The position numbers and the translations under genes are program-made. This document shows, in pieces, positions 30,433 to 40,085 of a DNA stretch of 64,000 nt. This stretch comes from Parcubacteria group bacterium GW2011_GWA2_40_23 (GTDB taxonomy: Bacteria; Patescibacteriota; Patescibacteriia; UBA11705; JABHMO01). Location: NCBI GenBank assembly GCA_000996245.1, contig LBYP01000001.1, positions 17,197 to 81,196 on the forward strand, in the 5' to 3' direction. Below the pieces are notes generated by a model. The model did not search any database and was not told the DNA's origin. It worked only from the letters and a program-made list of their open reading frames with translations. Position 1 is the stretch's first letter; each line of letters begins with the position of its first letter.

Positions 30433-30468
30433 TTATTAATGATAAATTAAGTGACTAAGTAAAACACT

Positions 30469-30855
30469 ATGATGGATCCTATTGCTGACATGTTAACTAG
30501 AATTCGCAACGCAGCGATGGCGAAAAAGAAAGAAGTTTTGGTTCCATATTCCAGAATAAAGTTTGAAATTGCAAAAATTTTAGAAAAAGAAAGATATGTG
30601 GCTAGTGTCGGAATAAGTGAAGAAGGAGCTAAAATGTTAATATTGGGATTAAAATATACCGATTCAAAGTCTGTTATTTCTAGTATTAAAAGAATCAGCA
30701 CTGTGGGACGAAGAATGTATATTAAGTATGGTGATATTAAACCAGTTTTAAATGGATTTGGTATCATGATTATATCAACCTCAAGTGGTATTATGACTGG
30801 TAGGGAAGCGAAACGTGCGAAGATGGGTGGTGAGGTGCTTTGCGAGATTTACTAA
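30469..30855 (+). CDS. rpsH: 30S ribosomal protein S8
   Basis: MMDPIADMLTRIRNA... Confidence 0.9.
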   Translation: MMDPIADMLTRIRNAAMAKKKEVLVPYSRIKFEIAKILEKERYVASVGISEEGAKMLILGLKYTDSKSVISSIKRISTVGRRMYIKYGDIKPVLNGFGIMIISTSSGIMTGREAKRAKMGGEVLCEIY

Positions 30856-30872
30856 AAAGTTAGAAAGAATAT

Positions 30873-31421
30873 ATGTCAAGAATCGGAAAAAAACCAATTG
30901 AACTTACAGACAAAGTCGAAGTAAAAATCGAGGGTGATTTAATTACTGTTAAAGGACCTAAGGGAACTTTAACTCAAAAAATTCATCCCTTAGTTAAGGT
31001 TGCTGTTCAAGACGGTCAGATCCTTGTATCAGTTGATAAGCCAGAAGATTGTAATGAAAATGCTCTCTGGGGTTTGTTCCGAAGTTTGATCAATAATATG
31101 GTTGTTGGTGTTACTAATGGCTTTGAAAAGAAATTGGAAATTAATGGTGTCGGTTATAAAGCAAGAGTTGAAGGATCAAAGAAATTAATTTTGAATGTCG
31201 GGTATTCTCATCCAGTTGATTTTGAATTAGCACCTGGTATTTTTTGCCAAGTAGAAAACAATGTTATTACAATTACCGGAATCGACAAGCAATTAGTAGG
31301 TGAAACTGCTGCTAATATTAGAAAAGTAAGAAAACCAGAACCATATAAAGGTAAAGGTATTAAGTATGCTGATGAAGTTCTACGTCGAAAAGCAGGTAAA
31401 ACTGCAGCCAAGTCAGCCTAA
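30873..31421 (+). CDS. rplF: 50S ribosomal protein L6
   Basis: MSRIGKKPIEL... Confidence 0.9.
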   Translation: MSRIGKKPIELTDKVEVKIEGDLITVKGPKGTLTQKIHPLVKVAVQDGQILVSVDKPEDCNENALWGLFRSLINNMVVGVTNGFEKKLEINGVGYKARVEGSKKLILNVGYSHPVDFELAPGIFCQVENNVITITGIDKQLVGETAANIRKVRKPEPYKGKGIKYADEVLRRKAGKTAAKSA

Positions 31422-31431
31422 AGATTAATAT

Positions 31432-31794
31432 ATGCCACAAAGAGAACAACAAAAAAGACAGTTGAATGTAATTTTACGAAAGAACCGTACCAGAAAACAA
31501 ATTATTGGTAAGACTGAACAACCACGTCTCTCTGTTTTTCGCAGCTTAAAACATTTTTATTTACAAATTATTGATGATAATAAAGGTATTACTCTTTGTG
31601 CTGCTAGCGACAAAGATGTTGCAGCTAAGGGGAAGACTGGTATGGAAATAGCTATTGCGGTGGGAACTGAAATTGCTAAACGCGCAGTAGAAAAAAAGAT
31701 TAATCAGGTCGTTTTTGATCGAGGTGCTTATAGATATCATGGTTGCGTCAAGGCAGCAGCTGATGCTGCTCGAGCTGGCGGCTTAAAATTTTAA
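31432..31794 (+). CDS. rplR: 50S ribosomal protein L18
   Basis: 120 aa, [19 protein letters not shown]... Confidence 0.9.
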   Translation: MPQREQQKRQLNVILRKNRTRKQIIGKTEQPRLSVFRSLKHFYLQIIDDNKGITLCAASDKDVAAKGKTGMEIAIAVGTEIAKRAVEKKINQVVFDRGAYRYHGCVKAAADAARAGGLKF

Positions 31795-31817
31795 ACATTG
31801 AATAGATAAGATACAAT

Positions 31818-32390
31818 ATGGAAGATCAAAAAACACGTGGAAAAGAAGGTGGACGAGACAAATTCCGACGTACAGCTTCAAAGGAACCACAAGAGTTTGA
31901 ACAAAAAATTGTGGATTTAGCACGTGTCACACGTGTTATGGCTGGCGGCAAGAGAATGCGTTTCCGCGCCTGTGTTGCTTTAGGCGACAAAAAGGGTCGT
32001 GTGGGTTTTGGTTTGGCTAAGGGTGCTGATGTAACTATCGCTGTAACAAAAGCCGTCAACAAAGCAAAAAAAGACTTAATTCAAATTCCGATTATTAATG
32101 AAACAATCCCACATCAAATCGTTTTTAAAAAAGGTGCTGCTTTAATTTTATTGAAACCCGCACCTAAAGGAACTGGTATTAAGGCGGGTGGTGCTATGCG
32201 TATTGTTTTAGAATTAGCCGGTGTGCCAAATGTGGTTGGTAAAATTCTTGGAACAAATAACAAAGTAAGTAATGTTAAAGCTTTGATTGAAGCGTTAACG
32301 TCATTTAAGACACGTCCTGTAAAGAGATCAGCTGTGGCTAGGATAGAGAAGACAGTTGAAAAGACTCCAATAAAGAAGGAGACAAAATAA
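31818..32390 (+). CDS. rpsE: 30S ribosomal protein S5
   Basis: 190 aa, RVTRVMAGGKRMRFRACVALGD... Confidence 0.9.
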   Translation: MEDQKTRGKEGGRDKFRRTASKEPQEFEQKIVDLARVTRVMAGGKRMRFRACVALGDKKGRVGFGLAKGADVTIAVTKAVNKAKKDLIQIPIINETIPHQIVFKKGAALILLKPAPKGTGIKAGGAMRIVLELAGVPNVVGKILGTNNKVSNVKALIEALTSFKTRPVKRSAVARIEKTVEKTPIKKETK

Positions 32391-32391
32391 T

Positions 32392-32862
32392 ATGGAAATT
32401 ACATTACATACTCTAGGCCATAAACATAAAACCCGAAAAAACCTTGGTCGTGGCAATGCCTCTGGTCATGGTACTACTGCTGGTCGTGGTAGCAAGGGAC
32501 AAAGATCACGTTCTGGTGGAAAAAAGGGGTTAAAGTTAAAAGGCTTCAGACAAAATTTACTTAATTTACCAAAATTCAAGGGCATGAAGAGCCCACGTTC
32601 TAAGAATCAGATTGTTAAATTAAGTGATTTAGTCAAAAAGTTTACTTCTGAGAAGCTAGTAAACCCAGGAACATTATTGGAAAAAGGATTAATACGAAAT
32701 ACAGTTGATCCTGTTAAGGTGTTGCTTGATGTAAAAGAGATTAAATTAGAACAACAATTTGAAATTTCTTCAATATTGGTCTCAAAAACAGTTCGTGAAA
32801 TTTTAGAAAAGGCTGGTGCTAAGTTTTTAGACCCAGAAGAAGACAAAGCAGAAGTCGTGTAA
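32392..32862 (+). CDS. rplO: 50S ribosomal protein L15. It directly follows rpsE, with no rpmD/L30 in between.
   Basis: 156 aa, Gly/Arg-rich N-terminus (GRGNASGHGTTAGRGSKGQ). The gap between rpsE and rplO is 1 nt. Confidence 0.9.
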   Translation: MEITLHTLGHKHKTRKNLGRGNASGHGTTAGRGSKGQRSRSGGKKGLKLKGFRQNLLNLPKFKGMKSPRSKNQIVKLSDLVKKFTSEKLVNPGTLLEKGLIRNTVDPVKVLLDVKEIKLEQQFEISSILVSKTVREILEKAGAKFLDPEEDKAEVV

Positions 32863-32875
32863 AAAATAGAAATTT

Positions 32876-34147
32876 ATGCTAGAAAAACTAACACAAATCT
32901 GGAAGCTGAAAGAATTGCGCAACAAGATTTTATTTGTTTTGGCCATGTTATTGGTTTTTCGTTTTACAGCACATATACCGATTCCAGGAGTGAACTTGGA
33001 AAATTTAAAAGACTTTTTTTCTTCAAATCAGATTTTAGGTTTAATGAACATCTTCTCTGGTGGTGGGATGCAGAACTTTTCCATTGTTATGATGGGGGTA
33101 GCGCCATATATTACAGCTTCAATTATTTTTCAATTGTTAGCCATGATTATCCCTAAATTGGAAGAATGGATGAAAGAACCAGCTGGTCGTCAAAAAGTTA
33201 ATTTGTATACTCGTATTGCAACCGTACCTTTGTCAATATTGCAGGCCTATAGCATGATTTCTTTGCTTAGAAATTCGCCCAAACCAATTATTGAAAATTT
33301 AGATTGGTTCAATCTAAGCGCCATGTTAATTACTATCACTGCCGGTACGATGCTTTTGATGTGGATTGGAGAATTGATAACAGAAAAAAAGATCGGGAAT
33401 GGAATTTCATTATTGATTTTTGCTGGTATCGTAGCTCGAGTGCCTCAGGCGATATCTGAAGTCGTCTTGAATTTTAATCAACAACAAGTTACTAACTTTG
33501 TAATTTTTGGCATTATTGCCTTAATTACTATTATCGGTGTTGTGATTATAACTGAAGGGCAGAGAAACATTCCAGTATCTTATGCTAAGCGTGTTCGTGG
33601 AATGAAAATGTATGGCGGAATGAATACCCATTTACCAATTCGTGTTAATACAGCCGGTGTTATCCCAATTATTTTTGCAATTTCAATTATTCTTTTTCCG
33701 CCGATGATTGCACAATTTTTGATGAGGGTGCAGAATGCTATTGTTCATAATGTTGCCCAGACAATCATTAATGTGTTTAATAATCAATTGTTCTACGGTA
33801 TTCTATACTTTATTTTAGTTTTTGGATTTACATATTTTTATACCGCGGTTATTTTTCATCCATATCAAATTGCAGAAAATTTGCAGAAGAATGGGGGTTT
33901 CATCCCAGGTATACGTCCAGGAACACATACTGCACAATATTTACAAAATACTATTAGCCGAATTACATTAACAGGAGCTTTGTTTCTAGGTATTATTTCT
34001 GTTTTACCGCTTCTTATGCAAAATGCAACAGGCATGCAATCTATGGTGATTGGCGGGACAAGTTTATTGATCGTTGTAAGTGTGGTCATTGAAATGATTA
34101 AACAAGTCGAAGCGCAAATGACCATGCGCGATTATGAAGGATTCTAG
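32876..34147 (+). CDS. secY: Preprotein translocase subunit SecY
   Basis: 423 aa with 10 TM helices, conserved after rplO. Confidence 0.95.
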   Translation: MLEKLTQIWKLKELRNKILFVLAMLLVFRFTAHIPIPGVNLENLKDFFSSNQILGLMNIFSGGGMQNFSIVMMGVAPYITASIIFQLLAMIIPKLEEWMKEPAGRQKVNLYTRIATVPLSILQAYSMISLLRNSPKPIIENLDWFNLSAMLITITAGTMLLMWIGELITEKKIGNGISLLIFAGIVARVPQAISEVVLNFNQQQVTNFVIFGIIALITIIGVVIITEGQRNIPVSYAKRVRGMKMYGGMNTHLPIRVNTAGVIPIIFAISIILFPPMIAQFLMRVQNAIVHNVAQTIINVFNNQLFYGILYFILVFGFTYFYTAVIFHPYQIAENLQKNGGFIPGIRPGTHTAQYLQNTISRITLTGALFLGIISVLPLLMQNATGMQSMVIGGTSLLIVVSVVIEMIKQVEAQMTMRDYEGF

Positions 34148-34162
34148 TCAATTAAATAAAAA

Positions 34163-34188
34163 GAGCTGGTCAGGTACCAGCTTTTTTG
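34163..34188 (+). terminator. Rho-independent terminator after secY (GAGCTGGT-cagGT-ACCAGCT-TTTTTT)
   Basis: Seen directly. Confidence 0.6.
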
Positions 34189-34216
34189 TTAAACTTAAAA
34201 TAGTTAAATTAACACT

Positions 34217-34876
34217 ATGAAACAAAAAAGGAAATTGTTCATTTTTATTGGTCCTCCTGGGTCAGGTAAGGGGACACAAGCTGAATTACTAACTCGTGAA
34301 TATAACATTAATTATTTTTCTGTGGGTGAAATTTTGCGTACCGAGGTTAGGAATAAAACAAAACTCGGACGTGAAGTAGCGGCCTATTTACGCTCAGGAC
34401 AATTAGCTCCAGATGAGGTTGTATCTAAAATTATGTTTGGTAAGCTAAAAAGAAGTCGTAAAGATATTATTTTTGATGGATTCCCTCGTAATGTAGATCA
34501 GGCAGTTTCTTTGGATATGGAACTTGATAAGATGAAGATTCAGCGTGTTGTCTTTGAGATAACCTTACCAACAAAAAAAATCGTTGAAAGAATTATGGGA
34601 CGTCGCTATTGTGTCTGCGGAAAGACTTACCATATAAAACATAATCCACCCGTGAGAAACAATGTTTGTGATAGCTGCGGCCGACGTTTAAAAACTAGGG
34701 CTGATGCTAAATCAGATGTTATTGTCAAGAGACAAGAAATTTATTTATTACAAACAGCAAAAGTTCTGCATTTTTATAAAGCGGATGGAGGCTATTTGTT
34801 GAAGAAGATTAATGGGGATAGAACGATACCAGTTATAAATCAGGAAATAAATAATATTATTAAAGAGTTAAAATGA
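34217..34876 (+). CDS. adk: Adenylate kinase (zinc-finger lid)
   Basis: P-loop GPPGSGKGTQ. Lid CVCGKTYH...CDSCG. Confidence 0.9.
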   Translation: MKQKRKLFIFIGPPGSGKGTQAELLTREYNINYFSVGEILRTEVRNKTKLGREVAAYLRSGQLAPDEVVSKIMFGKLKRSRKDIIFDGFPRNVDQAVSLDMELDKMKIQRVVFEITLPTKKIVERIMGRRYCVCGKTYHIKHNPPVRNNVCDSCGRRLKTRADAKSDVIVKRQEIYLLQTAKVLHFYKADGGYLLKKINGDRTIPVINQEINNIIKELK

Positions 34877-35637
34877 TCCGTTTAAAAAGTCCAGATGAAA
34901 TTAGTTTATTAAGACAGGGCGGTAAAATATTAGCCTCAGTTTTGCGTCAAGTTGTAGCTGAAACAAAAGCTGGAAAAACAACAGCAGAACTGGACGCTCT
35001 GGCTGAACGTCTTATATTGGAGGCCGGAGGGGAACCTTCATTTAAAGGCTATGGAGGGCCTAAAAACCCCTTTCCAGCGACTCTTTGTACCTCTGTTAAC
35101 TCAGAGTTAGTTCATGGGATCCCTAATGATTATATCTTACGCGATGGGGACATAGTTAGTCTTGATGTAGGAATGCGTTATCCTAAAAAAACAGGTTTAT
35201 ACACTGATATGGCTACCACGGTTATAATCGGTAAAGTAAGCCCTGCAGTTGAAAAGCTAGTTAAGGTTACAAAGAAGGCTCTTCAATTATGGATTAAATT
35301 AATAAAACCAGGAGAACAGTTAAATTATATTGGTGGCAAAGTTCAAGATTATATTGAAAATGAGGGTTTTGGTGTAGTGCGTGATTTGGTTGGTCATGGA
35401 GTTGGTCATGAGGTACATGAGGACCCACCAATTCCAAATTATTTTACAAATGGTTTAAAAGTAGAGTTAAAAGAAGGTATGGTTTTAGCCTTGGAGCCAA
35501 TGGTTAGCCTTGGCGATTATCGAATCAGAACATTAAACGATGAGTGGACAGTTGTTATGCGAGACAATAGTTTATGCTCCCACGAGGAACATACAATTGT
35601 TGTTACAAAACGTGGCTGTGAAGTTTTAACCGAGTAA
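34873..35637 (+). CDS. map: Methionine aminopeptidase type I
   Basis: 254 aa. Pita-bread-fold motifs (DGDIVSLDVG, GHGVGHEVHE). Confidence 0.9.
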   Translation: MIRLKSPDEISLLRQGGKILASVLRQVVAETKAGKTTAELDALAERLILEAGGEPSFKGYGGPKNPFPATLCTSVNSELVHGIPNDYILRDGDIVSLDVGMRYPKKTGLYTDMATTVIIGKVSPAVEKLVKVTKKALQLWIKLIKPGEQLNYIGGKVQDYIENEGFGVVRDLVGHGVGHEVHEDPPIPNYFTNGLKVELKEGMVLALEPMVSLGDYRIRTLNDEWTVVMRDNSLCSHEEHTIVVTKRGCEVLTE

Positions 35638-35639
35638 AT

Positions 35640-35900
35640 ATGCGTATTGAAAAGAAAATTTTACCAGAATATTTCAAGAAAGTGGCTTGTGGTGATAAAA
35701 ATTTTGAATTGCGTTTAGCAGATTGGGAGTGCCACCCCGGAGATGTTCTTATCCTTCGTGAGTGGGATTTAAAAACAAAGCAATATACTGGTTCATCAAT
35801 TGAAAAAGAAGTTACCTGTGTGCTCAAAACAAAGGATCAAACTTTTTTTAGCGATGAAGATGTTAACAAATACGGTTTTCAAGTAATTGGTTTTAAATAA
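35640..35900 (+). CDS. Small hypothetical protein (possibly an ASCH-like beta-barrel fold)
   Basis: 86 aa ORF occupying the slot where infA/rpmJ usually follow map. Confidence 0.4.
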   Translation: MRIEKKILPEYFKKVACGDKNFELRLADWECHPGDVLILREWDLKTKQYTGSSIEKEVTCVLKTKDQTFFSDEDVNKYGFQVIGFK

Positions 35901-35901
35901 T

Positions 35902-36294
35902 ATGAATTGTTTAGGTCTTGATTGGGGTAAAAGTAAATTGGGCGTCGCACTAGGTGACGATGGGATCAAAATTTCCACACCTTTTAAAATTATTAAGTTC
36001 AAAACATACTCCGAGGCAATTCAAGACCTCAAAAAACTTATTTTAGAAGAGCAGGCAGGGCGCTTGGTAATTGGTCGACCAAAAAATTTGGCTGGATTGG
36101 AGTTTGTATCAAATGATTTTGAGAATTTTTTAACAGAATTAAAAAAGCTGAATCTTCCAATCAGCTTCGAAGATGAACGTCTTTCAACAAAAGTGGCAGT
36201 CAAAAAGAATATCGAAAGACGTAATCATAGAAATCAAGATGATGATGACTTAGCCGCTTCAGAAATTTTGCAATCTTACTTTGATAAATTGTAA
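35902..36294 (+). CDS. ruvX: Holliday-junction resolvase-like nuclease RuvX/YqgF
   Basis: MNCLGLDWGKSKLGVALGD... (RNase H-like YqgF N-terminus). The ORF-track start at 35887 is probably extended. Confidence 0.8.
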   Translation: MNCLGLDWGKSKLGVALGDDGIKISTPFKIIKFKTYSEAIQDLKKLILEEQAGRLVIGRPKNLAGLEFVSNDFENFLTELKKLNLPISFEDERLSTKVAVKKNIERRNHRNQDDDDLAASEILQSYFDKL

Positions 36295-36296
36295 TT

Positions 36297-37016
36297 ATGG
36301 ATAAAGCCTTTAAAACAGAGGCGATAGTCCTCACTAAAAAAAACTGGAGGGAAAATGATCTCCTTTTTTCTTTCTATACAAAAGATTTTGGTAAAATTGA
36401 AGCAGTTGTTACGGGTGCCAGAAGATCCAAGAGTAAGTTGATCGGTCCACTTTCTAGCGTTGGCTTGATTGAAATACTTTTTGTTAAAGGAAAGGTTCAA
36501 AATAAAATTACGCATACTTATTTATTGTCGCCGTGGCCATTCAAAACCCTAGAAGAATTCCATTTTTTGTTAGCTGTGCGTGAAATTATCGCTCGTTTTG
36601 TTCAGGTTGGAGTTCCCAGTAAACCATTGTGGCAACTTTTGAAATGGTTTTCGGAAAAGTTAGTTGCATCTGAGAATAATGAGACAAAAAGATTACTGCT
36701 TAATATTTTCATGATTAGGTCTTTGCAGATTTTAGGTTATGATTTAAAAACAGACAACTGTGTCCAATGTGAATTACCAATTAATTCAGTCAGAAGATTT
36801 AGTTTTAATCACAAAGGTTTTGTGTGTACGAAATGTCACGGTGGGGATATGAACACTTCACAAAAAATGTTTGAAACAATAAAAAAAATCCAGAATCAGG
36901 ATTTTATTAAGGAATTAAGTATCGATAAATCTTCTAACAAAGAACTGTTTATTTTTTTAAAGAAGTATCTGCAGTATTTTCTAGAAAGGGAAGTGCGAAG
37001 TTTGTCTCTAATTTAA
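36297..37016 (+). CDS. recO: DNA repair protein RecO
   Basis: 239 aa. N-terminal OB fold and a C-terminal zinc finger CVQC...CTKCHG. Confidence 0.7.
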   Translation: MDKAFKTEAIVLTKKNWRENDLLFSFYTKDFGKIEAVVTGARRSKSKLIGPLSSVGLIEILFVKGKVQNKITHTYLLSPWPFKTLEEFHFLLAVREIIARFVQVGVPSKPLWQLLKWFSEKLVASENNETKRLLLNIFMIRSLQILGYDLKTDNCVQCELPINSVRRFSFNHKGFVCTKCHGGDMNTSQKMFETIKKIQNQDFIKELSIDKSSNKELFIFLKKYLQYFLEREVRSLSLI

Positions 37017-37799
37017 TTTTGTTAGTCCGTTGGCAATATCCAGGCAGGCCTGGGTATATTTTTTTAGGTTTGTTTTCTGTTTCTCGGTAATTTTATCACA
37101 AGCCCAGCCCCAATGATAAGAAATATTATCTCCAATCGTTGGATTTTGTAAAAAACTTTTGTGTAAAAGTTTAAAAGATATGTTTTTATCAATTGTCTCT
37201 GACAGTTTTAGCCTATTATTTTCGTAAACTAAGCGTTGTGTTTCAACGATTAAATCGTTCTCGGAAATTTTTTTAACTTTACCCCAACCAATGCGGCAAC
37301 TATCCATTGATTCAAGCGTATGGGGAACTGCTAAATGACCAGTCCTAAAATATATATTCAAAACATGAAAACAGTGATGGGGGATGGCACCTCGAGGGAT
37401 TTTACCCATGAGCAACTCTAAGTCTTTTGGTTGGAGTTTTTTCTTAAGATGGAGGCCATCAACAAAGTGCGAGTATAAACGTTTCATCGAAACATTCTCA
37501 AGCAATTCATTCCCGAGCCAATAAGCTTCGACTATACGTGCGTCAAAAACATCCTTTATTTTATTCGATTCAGCAATCAATTTTAAATAGGGAAAGAGTG
37601 TTTGAAATTCTTTTAATAACGCAGATAAGCCAGGATCACTGACATTCTCGGTATTATAAGCAAAAAGTTCCTCATTGTTTGGGCCACCACAATATTGCAG
37701 CCGGTTGGGCATGAAAGCATAACGGGCACAGGTGAGGAGCCCATTAGATTGTGGCTGGTTCTGTTTTATGAAGTCGGTTAAAGACATAAGTGAAAGCAA
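37008..37799 (-). CDS. Hypothetical protein
   Basis: 263 aa, no family recognised. The 5' end overlaps the upstream transporter ORF by up to 56 nt, so the true start may be internal (for example the Met at 37712). Confidence 0.5.
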   Translation of the reverse strand: MLSLMSLTDFIKQNQPQSNGLLTCARYAFMPNRLQYCGGPNNEELFAYNTENVSDPGLSALLKEFQTLFPYLKLIAESNKIKDVFDARIVEAYWLGNELLENVSMKRLYSHFVDGLHLKKKLQPKDLELLMGKIPRGAIPHHCFHVLNIYFRTGHLAVPHTLESMDSCRIGWGKVKKISENDLIVETQRLVYENNRLKLSETIDKNISFKLLHKSFLQNPTIGDNISYHWGWACDKITEKQKTNLKKYTQACLDIANGLTKLN

Positions 37800-38649
37800 T
37801 GGCTGCGATAATTAGAATAACTGAACTGCTGAGCTGTTGAAGATTGTATTTGTGAGTGACAAAAATTGAGTTCAAGGCGGTCGTTATGGGTGAGGCAATA
37901 ACTAAAACACTGGTAACAACTGTTGCTGGGAGTTTTTGTAGCGCTTGATACCAAGTAAGAACGTACCCAAGTAAAAAGGCTGAACTAATTGTCAGCCATA
38001 ACCATTGGGTTGAATTTAAGGCGATGAGTCCCGCGGTTTGATTCGTCAAAACCAAATAACTGAGAAGGAAAAGTGCACCAAAAAACATTCTGCCCCAGCT
38101 GACAATTTTAGCATCAACATTCTGTAAAATCTTTTTCGCTATGACAAATTCAATTGCCCAAAGCAAGGTTGCTCCAAGTATTAAAAAGTCAGCGTACGAA
38201 AATTTCCAGGTTTTTACCCCCACTAAAAAATAATTTCCCAGTAAAAGAACAGCTAAGGCAAACCATTGAACTTTACTAAGTTTTTCTTTCAAAAAAGGAA
38301 TGGCTAATAATGTGACCCAAATAAAAAGTGTTTTGTGAATGAAGCCAGCATTAACTGCAGAAGTTAAACTTAAACCTTTGAAGAACATTAGGAAAGGGAT
38401 ACTTCCTCCGATTAGTCCAATCAAAACGAGCTTTAACCAATCATTTCTTTGTAGAAGTTTTAGTTTTTTGAAAACAAAGGGAGTGAGAATAAAAAGAGAA
38501 AGTACCAATGCGACTAAAATGTTCTTGGCAGTTGTTAGAACGCTTGGGTTTGTGATAACTTTGGTGGCAAAACTATTGAAGAATACTGAGCAGCCGCTGA
38601 TAATGGCGGTGCCAAAGACGAGAAGTAGAGCTTTTTGTTTTGAGGTCAT
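37744..38649 (-). CDS. EamA/DMT-superfamily transporter
   Basis: 301 aa, about 10 TM helices, two EamA-like repeats. Confidence 0.75.
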   Translation of the reverse strand: MTSKQKALLLVFGTAIISGCSVFFNSFATKVITNPSVLTTAKNILVALVLSLFILTPFVFKKLKLLQRNDWLKLVLIGLIGGSIPFLMFFKGLSLTSAVNAGFIHKTLFIWVTLLAIPFLKEKLSKVQWFALAVLLLGNYFLVGVKTWKFSYADFLILGATLLWAIEFVIAKKILQNVDAKIVSWGRMFFGALFLLSYLVLTNQTAGLIALNSTQWLWLTISSAFLLGYVLTWYQALQKLPATVVTSVLVIASPITTALNSIFVTHKYNLQQLSSSVILIIAAIAFTYVFNRLHKTEPATI

Positions 38650-38650
38650 T

Positions 38651-38854
38651 TTATTTTAAAATATTTATTAATTCTTGAGCTTCTTCGTTGGATATTTTTT
38701 GTATTGCTAGATTACCATTAATCATAATCCAATCATTGATTTGTGGATTTTTTATGGTGCTAATCAAAATATTCTGCTCTTGGTTGTTATGTGTTTTAAC
38801 AAGCGCAGTTTGTCCATCTATTTTTATGATTTGAGCAGGAAGAGTTAGGCACAT
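38651..38854 (-). CDS. hypC: HypC/HupF-family protein (hydrogenase maturation chaperone-like)
   Basis: 67 aa starting MCLTLPAQIIKIDG, which matches the invariant MCL(A/G)(I/V)P N-terminus. No hydrogenase genes are in the window. Confidence 0.55.
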   Translation of the reverse strand: MCLTLPAQIIKIDGQTALVKTHNNQEQNILISTIKNPQINDWIMINGNLAIQKISNEEAQELINILK

Positions 38855-38884
38855 AAGTATCTTAATAGTACAAGAAATTTAGGT

Positions 38885-38923
38885 AAAAAAGAAGTCCCCA
38901 CACCGATGCCGATGTGAGGACTT
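38885..38923 (-). terminator. Rho-independent terminator of the GC-rich island-1 gene
   Basis: On the minus strand: AAGTCC-(20 nt loop)-GGACTT-c-TTTTTT. A second hairpin GTCCC...GGGAC lies at 38924-38939. Confidence 0.55.
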
Positions 38924-38949
38924 GTCCCGTGAGAGGGACGGGGGACAGG

Positions 38950-40026
38950 CTACGCCTTGGCGCCGTCGCGGATGGCGCGGCAGCGGGCGAAGCCGAAGGG
39001 GAACAGGGGGCAGGACGAGCCGGCGCAGATGCCCATGAGGCACATGGCGGCGTGCTCTGCCGCGTAGTAGCGGGGGTCGAGCGCGATCTTCACGATCTGG
39101 ATCAGCCGCTCGAACGGGATCTTGGTCGGGTCGATGCCCTTGGCAGAGTGCGACCCGTTCAGGATGCTGTGACCGTGTGCGAAGTGCCACACGCTTTCTT
39201 CGTCGTCGCCGCGCAGCTTCTTCTCTTCTACCTCGATGGCGTTGGCGAGGTCGCTCAGGTCCAGTCCCAGGCGCTGGTCGGTCTGGATCGCCACGTTCCC
39301 GCGGGAGTCGATCTTGACGACGACCGCGGCGTTGGCACCATGCTGGCTACGAGCGTAGCGCATGATCGCCATCGAGTCGCTCCGCACCGAGCACAGGGTG
39401 ATGTCCCCCTTGCTGCTGCGGATGGTCTCGATCTTGGAGTTGGCCTCGAAGTCCTTCTTGGAGGTCTCCACGAAGTCGAAGTGATCGAACACCTTCGCCT
39501 CCATCCCCAGCTCCAGCCATTTTTTCCAGTTCCTCTTGTCCTGGGCCAGCAGCATTGCGATGAGCTGAAGGCTGTAGTCGTTCGACGGGTTCAGCTCGCC
39601 GATCTTGACGTCGAAGGCCGCGTAGGCCCACTCCAGCATGTCGACGGCAGGGACGTTCTGCATCCCCATGAAGGTGAGGATCCTGCAGAGGTTGAAGGGT
39701 TGGTCGCCGGAGTTCGTGTCGTTCTTGTGCACGTAGTTCAGCAACCCCGCGATCTGCGGGGTGTGCTCGACGTGCAAAGCGTTGGCCAGCAACATGGCGC
39801 TGCTGGTTTCGCCAGACTTCATCAGGTGGTCGTTGAAGCGACCCTTGCCCACGCCGAACTCCAGGATGCCTTCGGGCGAGGCGTACTCGCGCAAGAAGGC
39901 GGGCGTGCCCCAATTTTCGGCGATGTAGCAGCACAGAAACTCGTCCGGGTGAGGGTTGGTATGCGTCACCACGATGATTTTGCGTCCCGCCACTTTGACG
40001 GGAATGCGGATCGTCTCTCTGGCCAT
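38950..40026 (-). CDS. GC-rich island-1 gene: putative UPF0160/MYG1-like metal-dependent hydrolase
   Basis: 358 aa with normal amino-acid composition and strong G/C third-position bias. VVTHTNPHPDEFLCCYIA resembles the MYG1 THxGxFHxDEALAC motif. GVGKGRFNDH and HFAHGHSILNGSH resemble later MYG1 metal-site segments. Consensus SD GGAGG lies 7 nt upstream. Confidence 0.6.
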   Translation of the reverse strand: MARETIRIPVKVAGRKIIVVTHTNPHPDEFLCCYIAENWGTPAFLREYASPEGILEFGVGKGRFNDHLMKSGETSSAMLLANALHVEHTPQIAGLLNYVHKNDTNSGDQPFNLCRILTFMGMQNVPAVDMLEWAYAAFDVKIGELNPSNDYSLQLIAMLLAQDKRNWKKWLELGMEAKVFDHFDFVETSKKDFEANSKIETIRSSKGDITLCSVRSDSMAIMRYARSQHGANAAVVVKIDSRGNVAIQTDQRLGLDLSDLANAIEVEEKKLRGDDEESVWHFAHGHSILNGSHSAKGIDPTKIPFERLIQIVKIALDPRYYAAEHAAMCLMGICAGSSCPLFPFGFARCRAIRDGAKA

Positions 40027-40085
40027 GAAAGCACCTCCAGTAAATGGTTTTTGTTGACTCTTAACTGTGTCCTTTTGAACTAGCC

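Noticed and set aside
32390-32392. Possible missed rpmD (L30) gene between rpsE and rplO
   Set aside because: Only 1 nt separates the two genes. The absence is real in this window and consistent with the CPR lineage.
38914-40083. 389-aa plus-strand ORF across island 1 (also 39347-39934 minus)
   Set aside because: It is antisense to the 38950-40026 gene, which has a consensus promoter, SD and terminator. Its composition is low-complexity R/G/V/A/D-rich.
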